Positions 47,082 through 60,600 of a stretch of 64,000 nt of DNA are shown in pieces. The translations under genes were made by a program, and so were the position numbers. Location of the stretch: contig CP110439.1 of assembly GCA_026914245.1 (NCBI GenBank), positions 5,766,001-5,830,000 on the forward strand, given 5' to 3'. Numbering within the stretch: the stretch's first letter is position 1; every line of letters starts with the position of its first letter. A model generated the notes under the pieces. That model was not told the origin of the DNA. It ran no database searches and was given only the letters and a program-made list of their open reading frames with translations. Origin of the DNA: Puccinia triticina (Eukaryota).

Positions 47082-47759
47082 CACTACCGAGATGGATGAA
47101 TTTGCGATGCCGTATATTGATCAATATAGCCTATATTGATCAATTCATATTGATCAATTTTTTTTTTTTTATTATTCCTCTAGATACCTTTGTCTGTTTT
47201 TCATGTCTCCTTGATACTACTCTATAATCTCTCTCCTTCTGCCTGTGTTAGCTTCAAGCCACAGGAATTTTTTTTTTCTTTTGCCTGATAACATTCAGAA
47301 ATTTCTACATACACCACTCAATTCTTCCTGAAAAAAAGACGTTGCAAGTTTTAGGATTAATCCAGGGGAGCTGAGGGGTCTCAAATTTTTTTTCTTTTTT
47401 TTTTTACTTCAACAATTGATGTTATCAGAAGTCTCCAAATCAACTTTTTTTTCAAAAGAGGAAAAACATTGACCCCTGGACTCTCTCATGATACCATCCT
47501 GCACACATTTTTAATTTGGCTGGTTGAACTTGCTCAAGATATTGCATATCATACTTGAAGTGCTACATGCATAGAAGGCCTTTTTGAAATTAGTTTACCA
47601 TGGTTTAGCATATTTTTGTCAGGTTCTTTTTTTTATCTACTTTTGTTATCAACCACAGATTAATGAGGAATATTTCCACATAAAATTTCATCGGACAATT
47701 TTTCTGCATATAAAACCCAGAAATATTTTAAAATAGAATTTATTTGGGGTCGCATCCAT

Positions 47760-50700
47760 TATGCAGCAGCAACAATGTGATCAGTTCCCAAATATCACTA
47801 ATTTGGTAGTTTCTGGCCCTTTCTGCCACTATATCTCAACACAGCGTGGGAGTTCTTCCATGATATTGGTATCAAAATGATCAATAGCCCCCAAGGATTC
47901 ATTTTGTACCTTAAATTACCACATAACCCAAATGTAGCAGCTACAATCTGATCAGTTGCCAAATGTCACTAATTTGGTAGTTTCTTGGTGTTGCTGCCAC
48001 TATATCTCAACACAGCCTGGAAGTTCTTCCATGATATTGGTATCATAATTATCAATAGCCACCAAGGATTCATTGTGTACCTTGAATGACCACAAAACCT
48101 CCAAATGTAGCAGCCAGGATGTGACCAGTTGCCAAATCTCACTAATTTGGTAGTTTCTTGGTGTTTCTGCCACTATATCTCAGCGCAGCATGGGAGTTCT
48201 TCCATGATATTGGTACCAAGATGATCAAATGCCCTCAAAGATTGATTGAGTACCTCCAATGAGCACAAAACCCCCAATTGTAGCAGGCACAATGTGATCA
48301 GTTGCAAAATATCACTAATTTGGTAGTTTCTTGGTGTTTCTGCCACTATATCTCATCACAGCATGGGAGTTCTTCCATGATATTGGTACCAAAATGATCA
48401 CATGCCCTCAAACATTCATTGAGCACCTTGTGTGACCACAAAACCCCCAAATGTAGCAGCCACAATGTGATCAGTTGCCAAATATCACTAATTTGGTGTT
48501 TCTGCCACTATATCTCAGCGCAGCATGGGAGTTCTTCCATGATATTGGTAACAAAATGAGCACATGCCCCTGAAGATTCATTGTGTACCTTGAATGACCA
48601 CAATACCCCCAAATGTAGCAGCCACACTGTGATCAGTTGCAAAATATCACTAATTTGGTAGTTCCTTCGTGTTTCTGCCACTATATCTCACTGCAGCATG
48701 GGAGTTCTCCCATGATATTGGTACCAAAATGATCACATGCCCTCAGGAATACATTGTGTACCTTTAATGACCACAAAAACCCCAAATGTAGCAACTACAA
48801 AGTGATTGGTTCCCAAATATCATGAATTTGGTAGTTTCTTGGTGTTGCCGCCACTATATCTCATCACCGCATGGGAGTTCTTCCATGATATTGGTACCAA
48901 AATGATCACATGCCCTCAAACGTTCATTTAGTACCTTTTGTGACCACAAAACCCCCAAATGTAGCAGCCACAATGTGATCAGTTGCCAAATATCACTAAT
49001 TTGGTGTTTCTGCCACTATATCTCAGCGCAGCATGGGAGTTCTTCCATGATATTGGTAACAAAATGATCACATGCCCCTGAAGATTCATTGTGTACCTTT
49101 AATGACCAAAATACCCCCAAATGTAGCAGCCACACTGTGATCAGTTGCAAAATATCACTAATTTGGTAGTTCCTTTGTGTTTCTGCCACTATATCTCAGT
49201 GCAGCATGGGAGTTCTTCCATGATATTGGTACCAAAATGATCATATGCCCTCAGAAATTCATTGTGTACCTTGAATGACCACAAAATCCCCAAATGTAGC
49301 AGCTACAAAGTGATCAGTTGCCAAATATCACTAATTTGGTAGTTTCTTGGTGTTTCTGCCACCATATCCCAGCGCAGCATGGGAGTTCTTCCATGATATT
49401 GGTACTCAAATGATCAAATGCCCTCAAAAATTCATTGAGTACCTTGAATGACTACAATACCCCCAAATGTAGGACCCACACTATGATCAGCCGCAAAATA
49501 TCACTAATTTGGTAGTTTCTTGGTGTTTCTGCCACTATATCTCAGCACAGCATGGCAGTTCTTCCATGATATTGGTACCAAAATGATCACACGCCCTCAA
49601 ACATTTATTGAGGCCCTTGGATGACCACAAAACCCCCACATGTAGCAGCCACAATGTGTTCAGTTGCCAAATATCACTAATCCGGTAGTTGCTTGGTGTT
49701 TCTGCCAGTATATCTCAGCCCCGCGTGGGAGTTCTTCCATGATATTGGTACCAAAATTATCACATGCCCCTGAAGATTCACTGTGTACCTTGAGTGACCA
49801 CAAAACCCCCAAATGTAGCAGCCACAATGTGATCAGTTGACAAATAACACTAATTTGGTAGTTTCTTGATGTTTCAGCCACTATATCTCAGCACAGCTTG
49901 GGAGTTCTTCCATGATATTGGTACCAAAATGATCACACGCCCTCAAACATTTATTGAGGCCCTTGGGTGACCACAAAACCCCCAAATGTAGCAGCCACAA
50001 TGTGTTCAGTTGCCAAATATCACTAATTTGGTAGTTGCTTGGTGTTTCTGCCAGTATATCTCAGCCCCGCGTGGGAGTTCTTCCATGATATTGGTACCAA
50101 AATTATCACATGCCCCTGAAGATTCATTGTGTACCTTGAATGGCCACAAAACCTCCAAATGTAGCAGCCACAATCTGATCAGTTGACAAATATCACTAAT
50201 TTGGTAGTTTCTTGGTGTTTCCGCCACTATATCTCAGCACAGCGTGGGAGCTTTTCCATGATATTGGTACCAAAATGATTATTCACCCCTGAAGATTCAT
50301 TGTGTACCTTGAATGACCACAAAACCCCCAAATGTAGCAGCGACAGTATGATCAGTTGCCAAATGTCACTAATTTGGTAGTTTCTTGGTGTTTCGGCCAC
50401 TATATCTCAGTGCAGCATGGGAGTTCTTCCATGATATTGGTACCAAAATGATCACATGCCCTCAGACATCCATTGAGTATCTTGGATGACCACAAAACCC
50501 CCAAATGTAGCAGCCACCATGTGATCAGTTGCCAAATATCACTAATTTGGTAGTTTCTTGGTGTTTCTGCCAGTATATCTCAGCCCCGCGTGGGAGTTCT
50601 TCCATGATATTGGTACCAAAATGATTGATCACCGCTGAAGATTCATTGCGTACCTTGAATGACCACAAAACCCCCAAATGTAGCAGCAACACTGTGATCA

Positions 50701-53700
50701 GTTGCCAAATAACACTAATTTGGTAGTTTCTTGGTGTTTCTGCCACTATATCTCAGCACAGCATAGGAGTTCTTCAATGATATTGGTAACAAAATGATCA
50801 AATGCCCTCAAACATCCATTGAGTATCTTGGATGACCACAAAACCCCCAAATGTAGCAGCCACCATGTGATCAGTTGCCAAATATCACTAATTTGGTAGT
50901 TTCTTGGTGTTTCTGCCACTATATCTCAGCGCAGCATGGGAGTTCTTCCATGATATTGGTACCAAAATGATTATTCACCCCTGAAGATTCATTGTGTACC
51001 TTGAATGACCACAAAACCCCCAAATGTAGCAGCGACAGTATGATCAGTTGCCAAATGTCACTAATTTGGTAGTTTCTTGGTGTTTCGGCCACTATATCTC
51101 AGTGCAGCATGGGAGTTCTTCCATGATATTGGTACCAAAATGATCACATGCCCTCAGACATTCATTGAGTATCTTGGATGACCACAAAACCCCCAAATGT
51201 AGCAGCCAGCATGTGATCAGTTGCCAAATATCACTAATTTGGTAGTTTCTTGATGTTTCTGCCACTATATCTCAGCACAGCGTGGGAGTTCTTCCATGAT
51301 AATTTTACCAAAATGATCACATGCCCCTAAGCATTCATTTTGTACCTTGGATGACCACAAAACCCCCAAATGTAGCAGCCACAATGTGATCAGTTGCCAA
51401 ATATCACTAATTTGGTAGTTTCTTGGTGTCTGCCACTATATGTCAGCCGGCTACGCAGCGCAAGCCAGCGTAACAATTATACAAATGATTATAAATAAAA
51501 TTTCACGTTTTTTGTGTGACAGATGTCTATGTAATCTGTCACATATAATATAAAAATATAATAAATACATAAAAATATATTGTACATATAATTTAATATT
51601 GATAGTTATCTTTAAAAATAGATAATATTGGTAATATACTCCGGGTGAAGTATAAAGTACACCCGGGTGAGCAAGTTACACCTGTCAAAGATATTCAAGT
51701 GACAGGTGTCCAGGGTCCGGTAATTTTAGAGAGATTATACTCAAGTACGATCTTATAGATAAAGACTTCCCCATCAGAATTCAAGATGAACAGACCGACA
51801 TTGATAACTAACCGCGCCCCAATCAAGCACGAGAAAAGATAGATTGACGGATATCGACGGCCCCATCGCAAGACAAAGGATCATTGAGCAATAGTTACCG
51901 CCCCAGTCCGTAGTCTTTGAAGAGACTTCCCCATTGAAATTGGATACATTTCGGATATATAAAGAGGTCCGTTCTCCCTCTTCTCTTTTCTCCTCAGCTT
52001 AAGACAACCGACCGGCATTTTACTACCAGCTTCGCATCAATATTTTATCAGTTTTGATTGATCTCGTCTTTGAACAGTCTCAGTCTATAGCCTTCTGTAA
52101 ATTCTCGATCCTCTTTTGCTGCAATAAAAGATTGGTTCTTTCATATAAGTAAGTAAGAACCCTTTTCTTCTTATCGCCGCTACTTCCTTTTTACCCGTAA
52201 GACTGGGAACAGAACAACACCTGCTAGCAGGCCCCAGCAGTTATCCTTGGAGGGATCAAAACTACCCCTGTTTGCAGGCCCCTCCTTAAAAATATATTTC
52301 TTTTATTTTATTTATTCAAACTAAAAACAACCCCAAACAATCCATTTTATTCACTATCTCCCGGTGTAGCTAGAGGAACCTTGTTCTTGGCATCACCGAG
52401 GCTGACACTATATCTCAGGCCAGCATGGGAGTTCTTCCATGATATTGGTACCAAACTGATCAAATGGCCCTGAAGATTCATTGTGTACCTTGGATGACCA
52501 CAAAACCCCCAAATGTAGCAGCCACAATGTGATCAGTTGACGAATATCACTAATTTGGTAGTTTCTTGATGTTTCTGCCACTATATCTCAGCACAGCGTG
52601 GGGGTTCTTCCATGATATTTGTACCAAAATGATCAGATGCCCTCAAAGATTCATGTGTTCCTTGGATGACCACAAAACCCCCAAATGTAGCAGCCACAAT
52701 GTGATCAGTTGACAAATATCACTAATTTGGTAGTTTCTTGGTGTTTCTGCCACTATATCTCAGCACAGCGTGGGAGTTCTTCCATGATATTGGTACCAAA
52801 ATGATTAATTCCCGCTGAAGATTCATTGTGTACCTTTAATGACCACAAAACCCCCAAATGTAGCAGCAACACTGTGATCAGTTGCCAAATATCACTAATT
52901 TGGTAGTTTCTTGGTGTTTCCGCCACTATATCTCAGCACAGCGTAGGAGTTCTTCCATAATATTGGTACCAAAATGATTGATCACCGCTGAAGATTCATT
53001 GCGTACCTTGAATGACCACAACACCCCCAAATGTAGCAGCAACACTGATTAGTTGCCAAATATCACTAATTTGGTAGTTTCTTGGTGTGGCCACTACATC
53101 TCAGTGCAGCATGGGAGTTCTTCCATGATATTGGTACCAAAATGATCACATGCCCTCAAAAATTCATTGAGTATCTTGGATGACCACAAAACCCCCAAAT
53201 GTAGCAGCCACAATGTGATCAGTTGCCAAATATCACTAATTTGGTAGTTTCTTGATGTTTCTGCCACTATATCTCAGCCCCGGATGGGAGTTCTTCTATG
53301 ATATTGGTACCAAAATTATCACATGACCCTGAAGATTCATTGTGTACCTTGAATGACCACAAAACCCCCAAATGTAGCAGCCACAATGTGATCAGTTGCC
53401 AAATATCAATAATTTGGTAGTTTCTTGGTGTTTCTGCCACTATATCTCAAAGCAGCCTGGGAGTTCTTCCATGATATTTGTACCAAAATGATCACATGCC
53501 CCTAAGCATTCATTGTGTACCTTGGATGACCACCAAACCCCCAAATGTAGCAGCCTCAATGTGATCAGTTGGCAAATGTTCTAATTTGGTAGTTTCTTGG
53601 TGTTTCTGCCACTATATCTCAGCGCAGCATGGGAGTTCTTCCATGATATTGGTACCAAAATGATCAAATGCCCCCAAAAATTCATTGAGTACCTTGGATA

Positions 53701-53920
53701 ACCACAAAACCCCCAAATGTAGCAGCCACAATGTGATCAGTTGCCAAATATCACTAATTTGGTAGTTTCTTGGTGTTTCTGCCACTATATCTCAGCTCAG
53801 CGTGGGAGTTCTTCCATGATGTTGGTACCAAAGTGATCAAACTCCCCTGAAGATTCATGGTGTACCTTGAATGACCACAATACCCCGAAATGTAGCAGCC
53901 ACACTGTGATCAGTTGCCAA
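47760..53920 (+). repeat. 173-bp tandem satellite array, left arm (~30 copies), interrupted by a solo LTR
   Basis: The unit GATCAGTTGCCAAATATCACTAATTTGGTAGTTTCTTGGTG...CCCCCAAATGTAGCAGCCACAATGT recurs every 173 bp. ORF-track offsets of 346 and 519 agree. Confidence 0.95.
51441..52407. mobile_element. Solo LTR (967 bp) inserted in the satellite
   Basis: Ends TGTCAGCC...GGCTGACA with 5-bp TSD CTATA on both sides. Internal TATATAAA near 51956 and AATAAA near 52123. Confidence 0.9.
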
Positions 53921-55010
53921 ATTAGTGATATTTGGCAACCATTCACATTGTAGCTGCTACATTTGGGGATTTTGTGGTGATTCAAGGTACACAATTCATC
54001 TTTGAGGGCATTTAGTCATTTTTGTACCAATATCATTGAAGAATTCCCACGCTGCGCTGAGATATAGTGGCAGAAACAACAAGAAACTACCAAATTGGTG
54101 ATATTTGGCAACTGATCACATTGTGGCTGCTACATATGGGGGTTTTGTGGTCATTCCAGGTACTCAATGAATCTTTGAGGGAATTTGATCATTTTGATAC
54201 CAATATTATGGAAGAAATCCCACGCTGCCCTGAGATATAGTGGCAGAAACACCAGAAACTACCAAATTAGTGATATTTTGCAACTGATCACATCCTAGCT
54301 GCTACATTTGAGGATATTGTGGTCATTCAAGGTCCACAATTAATCTTCAGGGAAATTTGATCATTTTGGTAGCAATATCATGGAAGAACTCCCACGCTGT
54401 GCTGAGATATAGTGGCAGAAACACCAAGAAACTACCAAATTAGTAATATTTGGCAACTGATCACATTGTGGCTGCTACATTTGGGGGTTTTGTGTTCATT
54501 CAAGGTACACAATGAATCTACAGGGGAATGTGATCATTTTGGTACCAATATCCTGGAAGAACTCCCACGCTGTGCTGAGATATAGTGGCAGAAACACCAA
54601 GAAACTACCAAATTAGTGATATTTGGTAACTGATCACATTGTGGCTGCTACATTTGGGGGTTTTGTGGTCATCAAAGGTACTCAATGAATGTTTGAGGGC
54701 ATGTGATTATTTTGGTACCAATATCATGGAAGAACTCCCAGGCTGCTTTGAGATATAGTGGCAGAAACACCAAGAAACCACCAAATTAGTGATATTTGGC
54801 AACTGATCAGGTCGCAGGGCTACATTAGGGAGTTTCATGGTAATTCAAGGTACACAATGAATCCTTGGGGACTATTGATTATTTTGAAACCAATATCATC
54901 GAAGAACTGCCAGGTTGTGTTGAGATATAGTGGCAGAAACACCAAGAAACTACCAAATTAGTGATGTTTGGCAACTGATCAGATTTCAGCTGCTGCATAA
55001 TGGATGTGAC
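53921..55010 (-). repeat. 173-bp satellite array, right arm (~6 copies), inverted relative to the left arm
   Basis: Reverse-complement units (CCAAATTAGTGATATTTGGCAACTGATC). Confidence 0.95.
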
Positions 55011-56617
55011 CCCAAAAACATTATTTCTGGGTTTTATATTCAGAAAAATTGTCCAACGAAATTTTATGTGGAAATATTCCTCATTAATCTGTGGTTGATA
55101 ACAAAAGTAGATAAAAAAAAGAACCTGACAAAAATATGCTAACCCATGGTAAACTAATTTCAAAAAGGCCTCCTATGCATGTAGCACTTCAAGTATGATA
55201 TGCAATATCTTGAGCAAGTTCAACCAACCAAATTAAAAATGTGTGCAGGATGGTATCATGAGAGAGGTCAGGGTCCAATGTTTTTCCTTTTTTGAAAAAA
55301 AAGTCAATTTGCAGACTTCTGATAACAGATCAATTATTGAAGTAAAAAAAAAAAGAAAAAAAAATTGAGACCCCTCAGCCACCCTGGATTAATCCTAAAA
55401 CTTGCAATGTTATTTTTTCAGCAAGAATTGAATGGTGTATGTAGAAATTTATGAATGTTATCAGGCAAAAAAAAAAATTCCTGCGGCTTGAAGCTAACAC
55501 AAGGGGAAGGAGAGAGATTATAGAATGGTATTAAGGAGACATGGAAAACAGACAAAGGTATCAAGAAGAATAATAAAAAAAATTGATCAATATAAATTGA
55601 TCAATATATGCTATATTGATCAATATACAACATCGCAAATTCATCCATCTTGGTAGTGCCTCATAGCGTTTCCAACAAAGCCGCCACCACCTCTTCATCA
55701 TTGGGTCCTGATATTGAGACTGCATCAGGACCAGCGCCCGTTTCCGAACATCAATCCATTCCAACAGCCCCAGCGCCTCAATCCGTTCAAACAGCGCCAG
55801 CGCCCGCATCTATTCAAGCGCCCATATCCGCACCTCAATCCATTCAAACATCACAAGCACCCCCTGTACTATCTGCGCTGCCGCCACCACCACCACCAAA
55901 GCAACTCAGACTTAGCCAAAGCCAACATGCACCCACGCAGGCACTTATTCCCAGGCCAGGTTGTACTCAAAGCCAACCTGTATCAGACCAAGTGCTATAG
56001 CCACCCTCAAACAGCCCATCACTCAAGCCACCCGCCCCCAATCATCAGCCACCCTCAAACAGCCAATCACTCACGCCGTCCTCTGCCAACACTCAATCCT
56101 CCAACAGCTTCCCTACATTCAAAGTCAAGCCACCTACCTCTACTGTAGCCAGCCCACCTGTGGCCAATCCTCCTGTTCCCAATACATCTGAATCCATGTA
56201 ATTAGTTTTTTTCTTCTTTTTGTAAATAATTTTGTTGATTCCCATTGCTTAAGATGTAGAAAAGAAAGACAGATTGATTATAATAATGTAGAAAAAAAAT
56301 ACAGATGATAATGATAAAAGTACAAAAAAGAAAGACATGGATGCTGAGCTGCCCCCCCCCCACCAAAAAAAATATGAAAAAAGGTGAGAAAAAGGTGAAA
56401 AAAAAAATGAAAACCCAAAAACCCCCCAAATTCCCCCCCAGGTGGAGTTGGAAAATGTTTGCAGTAGATTTGTGAGTGAGATCTCACTCACAAATCTCCT
56501 GCCCCAACCCAGTAAGTCTGATTCCCGCTAGGCGTACGGCCGTGTAAAAAACAACCGCTAGGCATACGGCCCTGCATAAACCACCTAAGCCTGACGCACT
56601 CCCATTTCCATGTAGAA

Positions 56618-56925
56618 ATGGTCTTTGTGAAATATCAGCGCAACTTCAAGATCATCGTGATCAAGATGAGCCTGCGAGGCCTCTCCCTGGCCAAAATCAA
56701 CCAAGCACTGGACGTAAAAGTGTCACCGGATTCCTTCCTACACTGGAGGACAATGTACCGCCAAACCCGGGATGTTGTCAGAGATTCAGCCCTGTACAGC
56801 GACTGTGGCCACCCATTGGCCTTTACCCGTGAGGAGTCGGAGTTTGTTCTTGCGGCGCTAGAAACCAAGCCAACTCTGTACGTGGATGAGATACAGAACC
56901 ACATACAAGCAATGACTGGGACCAG
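56618..56925 (+). pseudogene. Tc1/IS630-like transposase N-terminal HTH region, truncated
   Basis: MVFVKY...SLAKIN...VSPDSFLHW...Y...G(R>H)P..F...E..F...KPTLYVDEIQ resembles the paired HTH of fungal IS630/Tc1 transposases. Similarity stops abruptly and no DDE domain follows. Confidence 0.7.
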
Positions 56926-59900
56926 AAATCCAAGCCGAGTTGAAATTGTGGTGTGGAACTTCTCTAAGGTGAGAATTGAGCTTGGAAGGGAAATGGATAG
57001 CAATACTAGAACTAATGTAAGCTATGCCAGGGTGCTGATGAGGCTGCCTTCCTGACTAATGCTGAGGGGATGAGAGTAACACTAAGAAAAAGAAAGAAAA
57101 GGTGTGGCTGATTTCTACTTGATCTCAGGAGCTAGTACTATGAGCTGACTACTGAGGATGAGAGGGTTGGAGCAGTGATGAGAGAGGGGAATGCAATGGC
57201 AAAGGTTCAATAGCAATGGGTTTAGGAGCAACAGCAATGATATCAATGAGTAATGGGTGATGAGTAATTTCTACTATAATTTCTATATCTAGAATTCTGC
57301 ATAAGGTACAAGTGAGGGGGAAAGGACAGTTCTTATATGAAGGAAGGATGAGCACAGACAATGAGGAGTCCTGGCAATGGGAATGAAGGTTGTATAAATG
57401 GGGAAAGGTTCTGGCTATGGGAATAAAAGATTTTACAAATGGGGAAATTGATGTGAACATAGTAACAACTTGGAATGATGAGCACTACTGAAAGAGGTAA
57501 GCACAGATCCAATGATGTAATGTGTACAATAGGCATAGTACATAATGAACAATGTATGTAAAGGATTTAGTATGTAAGAATATATCTGTGAAAAGAATGT
57601 AATGTAATGATGCAAGTAAGTTACTAATGAAATGAGTATGGTAACTAATGGAGACTGTAGGTTTTCTGTAGATCTTATATCCTCTATAACTATTGAACCA
57701 TTGAAGATAAAGGGGTACTATGTGTGAGTGACTATAGGTAAAATGAGGCGTAGAAGCTGAATATGCAATAAGAATGAGATATTTTTGAAGGGTTATGGGG
57801 GAATGGGCAATCTAATGATGCATATATGTCAAAGAAGATAATAAAATACTACTTATGGTTTGGAATGGAGCACCACATCCTCCCCCAGCTTATTGTCTGT
57901 CCCAGGCAATGTACCAAAGAAAAGGGTGATCCAGAAAGAGTTGAAGAATGTTGAGTCCAAGAGTTCAAAGTCCAAAGTCCAGTGTTCTTCCTCCAAAAGG
58001 TGAAATCCAAAGTCCTGAGTAGCAGTCCAAATCCAAAGTTTAGTGTCCAAAGCCAATAGAATCCAAGTATAAGCCAATTCCAGTGTTTCTGAGTCCAAGG
58101 TATCCAAGTCCAATCCAAATCCAATAGTCCTATGTATCCAGAGTATCCATAGTCCAGCTTCGAATCCAAAGAGTCAAGTATCCAAAAGAAGGTCCAATTA
58201 TCAATGAGGGGTGAATGTTTCAGAATATCTAACTCTGCTGAAAGCAATATCCTTGAGACAGACACATATTAGACTAAATTCCACCCTGAAGAATACAATA
58301 ATTTTCCTGCCTAACTGAGGCCAAGGAAGAATGCAATGATGATGATGTTTGATGGGGTTGATAATTGTGATTTCTGAAGGTTGTGGATGATTTGGGGTTG
58401 AATAGCTGAATTTCTGAGGGTCTGAATATATAATGTAGAGTTCTGTGAAGAGAATTTGAAGTCCAGAGAGGTTGATAGGCTGTCCAAAGAGTGTTATTAT
58501 TCCAATTGGGTGGTTTCTGAAAGGGTCCCAGCAGTAACTAGAAGTTCAGCTATACTTTTCACAGACCTGGATAAATCTAAAGGGATGAAGGAATTATCTG
58601 AGAGCCATATGCCAGTATTGCTAGTTTGCCTAATAGTCCTTTCTGCTTATCATAAGTGACTATATGGCACCTGAAGATGGTGTGACCTTTCTGGAAGCAA
58701 TATAAACATTTATAATTCTTTGTTTGAGGAATGTTTGAGGAGTTCTGATTTTCAGGAATGGGGTCAAGAGGGAAACTTCCCATGATGGATGGAGTATGAT
58801 GATGGGGAAATGAATGATTGATGATGCAGGAATGAATGGTTGATGATGGTTGAATGAGTGATGGATAATTAGGAGGGATCAATGATTGATGATTGGAGGA
58901 ATAAATGATTGATGATCAGGAGGAATGAATGATTGATGATTGGGAAAAAAAATTATTGATTGATGATGCAGCAATCCATGAACAAGAATTCCATGATGGA
59001 GGGGGAAAAATGAATGATTGATGATCCTTGATTTCATTGATTTTGATTCCATGACTCATTTGTTTCCCCATATTCACAATGAGAGGCCTTAATTTTGTCT
59101 AGATGGGGAATGGAACATGTTTCCATGCGCGCTTGCTGTCAAAAGAGGGGTTCTGTTGTCTGAGCGGGGGCTCTTCAAGCAGTAGGCGCGCGTGCAGAAC
59201 GCCAGAAAATAAAGGTAGGAAATGGACAACCTGTATCTTTGGAATGGCTTGATGAAAATTCTTGAAACCAAGTTCATTTGAAAGGGCCAATTCCAGGGAT
59301 TAAAATGAGATATGCTGTTTATTTTTAAGACTTGAAGATCAATTGTGTAGGGCGAGTTAAAGATTCAGGCGAGATCCGCGGGCGCGCATAGTAGTAACAC
59401 CGCGTATATTAACAGGCAAAATATTTTGCTTATAACTCATCTTTCATTTGATAGAATCTTCCAAATCAGGATTCATTTGAAAGCCAAGAGGGAGAAGATA
59501 ACTTAAGAATTGATTTATATTGGGAAACAACTCGGCCAATAGGTTGCGGTGAAAGCTGAAAGGAGACTGTAAATGAGACCGCGTAGATGCTAGGGAAGCT
59601 TTGAGGGGTTATATCTTCAAAACCGCTCAACAAAATTGGCTAAAAGCAAGATCAAATGAAAGAACTGATCAAGGAGATGAATTATGATGAGAGTAGTATC
59701 AAAATTGAAGCTGGCCAATAGGGTGTTTTGAGTGATCAAAGTTGCATTACGATTTTCCGCGGTTTCCGCCACAGAGGAGTTGAAATCAAATGAATACATA
59801 ATTAGGAAATAATCCCAAGGTACTGCCAGAGAGCTCTCCAGATGGAGTCCTGAGGCTGGCCAATTGACTGAAAGTGTTTCAAATGAAATGGTTGAAGTAT

Positions 59901-60600
59901 AAAAAATCAAAGGAGATCCAAGAAATGAATTAAACTGGGTTGAACACCAGAGTCAAAATTAAAGATATGAAAGAAAATCTGCGCTAGCTGCTTCCAAGGA
60001 GTGAAGGCGTCCATAATGACGTCATAATATAAAAGAAATGATATCTAAAAGGCCCCCAGGTCATTGTGCAACAGAAAATTCTGTTATCCCTCACCATCCA
60101 TAATGATTTCCTCCAGTGTTACATCTGTCAAGATTTCCCCACCACAGAAGAAACAGCCAAGGGCTGCCGCAGGGCAAATACTAGATTTGAGGAGAAATGA
60201 AGTAAGCCTCAGAAGTTTCAGCCATGAAACCAAAGATATGAGACTCATATTTAGCCTCCTCCGTCTTCGTTTCACAGACGAAACCAGCCACAAGACGCCT
60301 AGGGAACGGGCCCAAGCCACGCAAAACCAGGGAAACGCCAGAAGACCAAGCGGGAGCAGAACAGCGAGCAAGGGCAAATTGTGAGTATATAAGAAGCTTG
60401 AAATAGCACCTGAGATAGGAAACCCAGGCTAACCAGTCTATCCATCTCACAAATAACTCCTCTTAGATCCATAGCAGCAAGAATCTCATTGCGCTTGTTA
60501 GCCACCAGATTAAGCCCTAATACAATTAGGTAAGTGGTCCAAAGTTCCAAAGAAAGACAAAGACAAGATAGATTGTAGTCTGACAAGCAACACTGTCACA
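56926..60600 (-). mobile_element. Heavily decayed LTR-retrotransposon relic (gag region); boundaries uncertain
   Basis: Zinc knuckle CLYCFQKGHTIFRC in ORF 58577-58882, strong AT enrichment, low-complexity repeats, and a possible LTR start TGTGACA (minus strand) at 60600. Confidence 0.5.

Larger units (their letters stand above)
47082..55658. mobile_element. Non-autonomous foldback CACTA element (element E), 8577 bp
   Basis: Termini CACTACCGAGATGGATG...CATCCATCTTGGTAGTG, 3-bp TSD CCT on both sides, and ~650-680-bp unique inverted arms followed by oppositely oriented satellite arrays. No coding sequence. Confidence 0.93.
32198..56464 (-). mobile_element. Large EnSpm/CACTA (CMC)-type DNA transposon (element D) with ~130-bp TIRs
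   Basis: Inverted repeats CTGGAAACATTTTCCAACTCCACCTGGGGGG... (32198) and ...CCCCCCAGGTGGAGTTGGAAAATGTTTGCAG (56464), each flanked by TA. Encloses a Transposase_21-type gene and accessory ORFs. Confidence 0.8.

Noticed and set aside
49660..50746. Repeated 73-aa ORFs (MAETPRNYQIS...) as a peptide gene family
   Set aside because: Chance open frames in satellite monomers; most units contain stops.
47760..55010. Regular repeat array as a CRISPR locus
   Set aside because: The whole 173-bp unit repeats with no unique spacers, there are no cas genes, and the context is a eukaryotic transposon.
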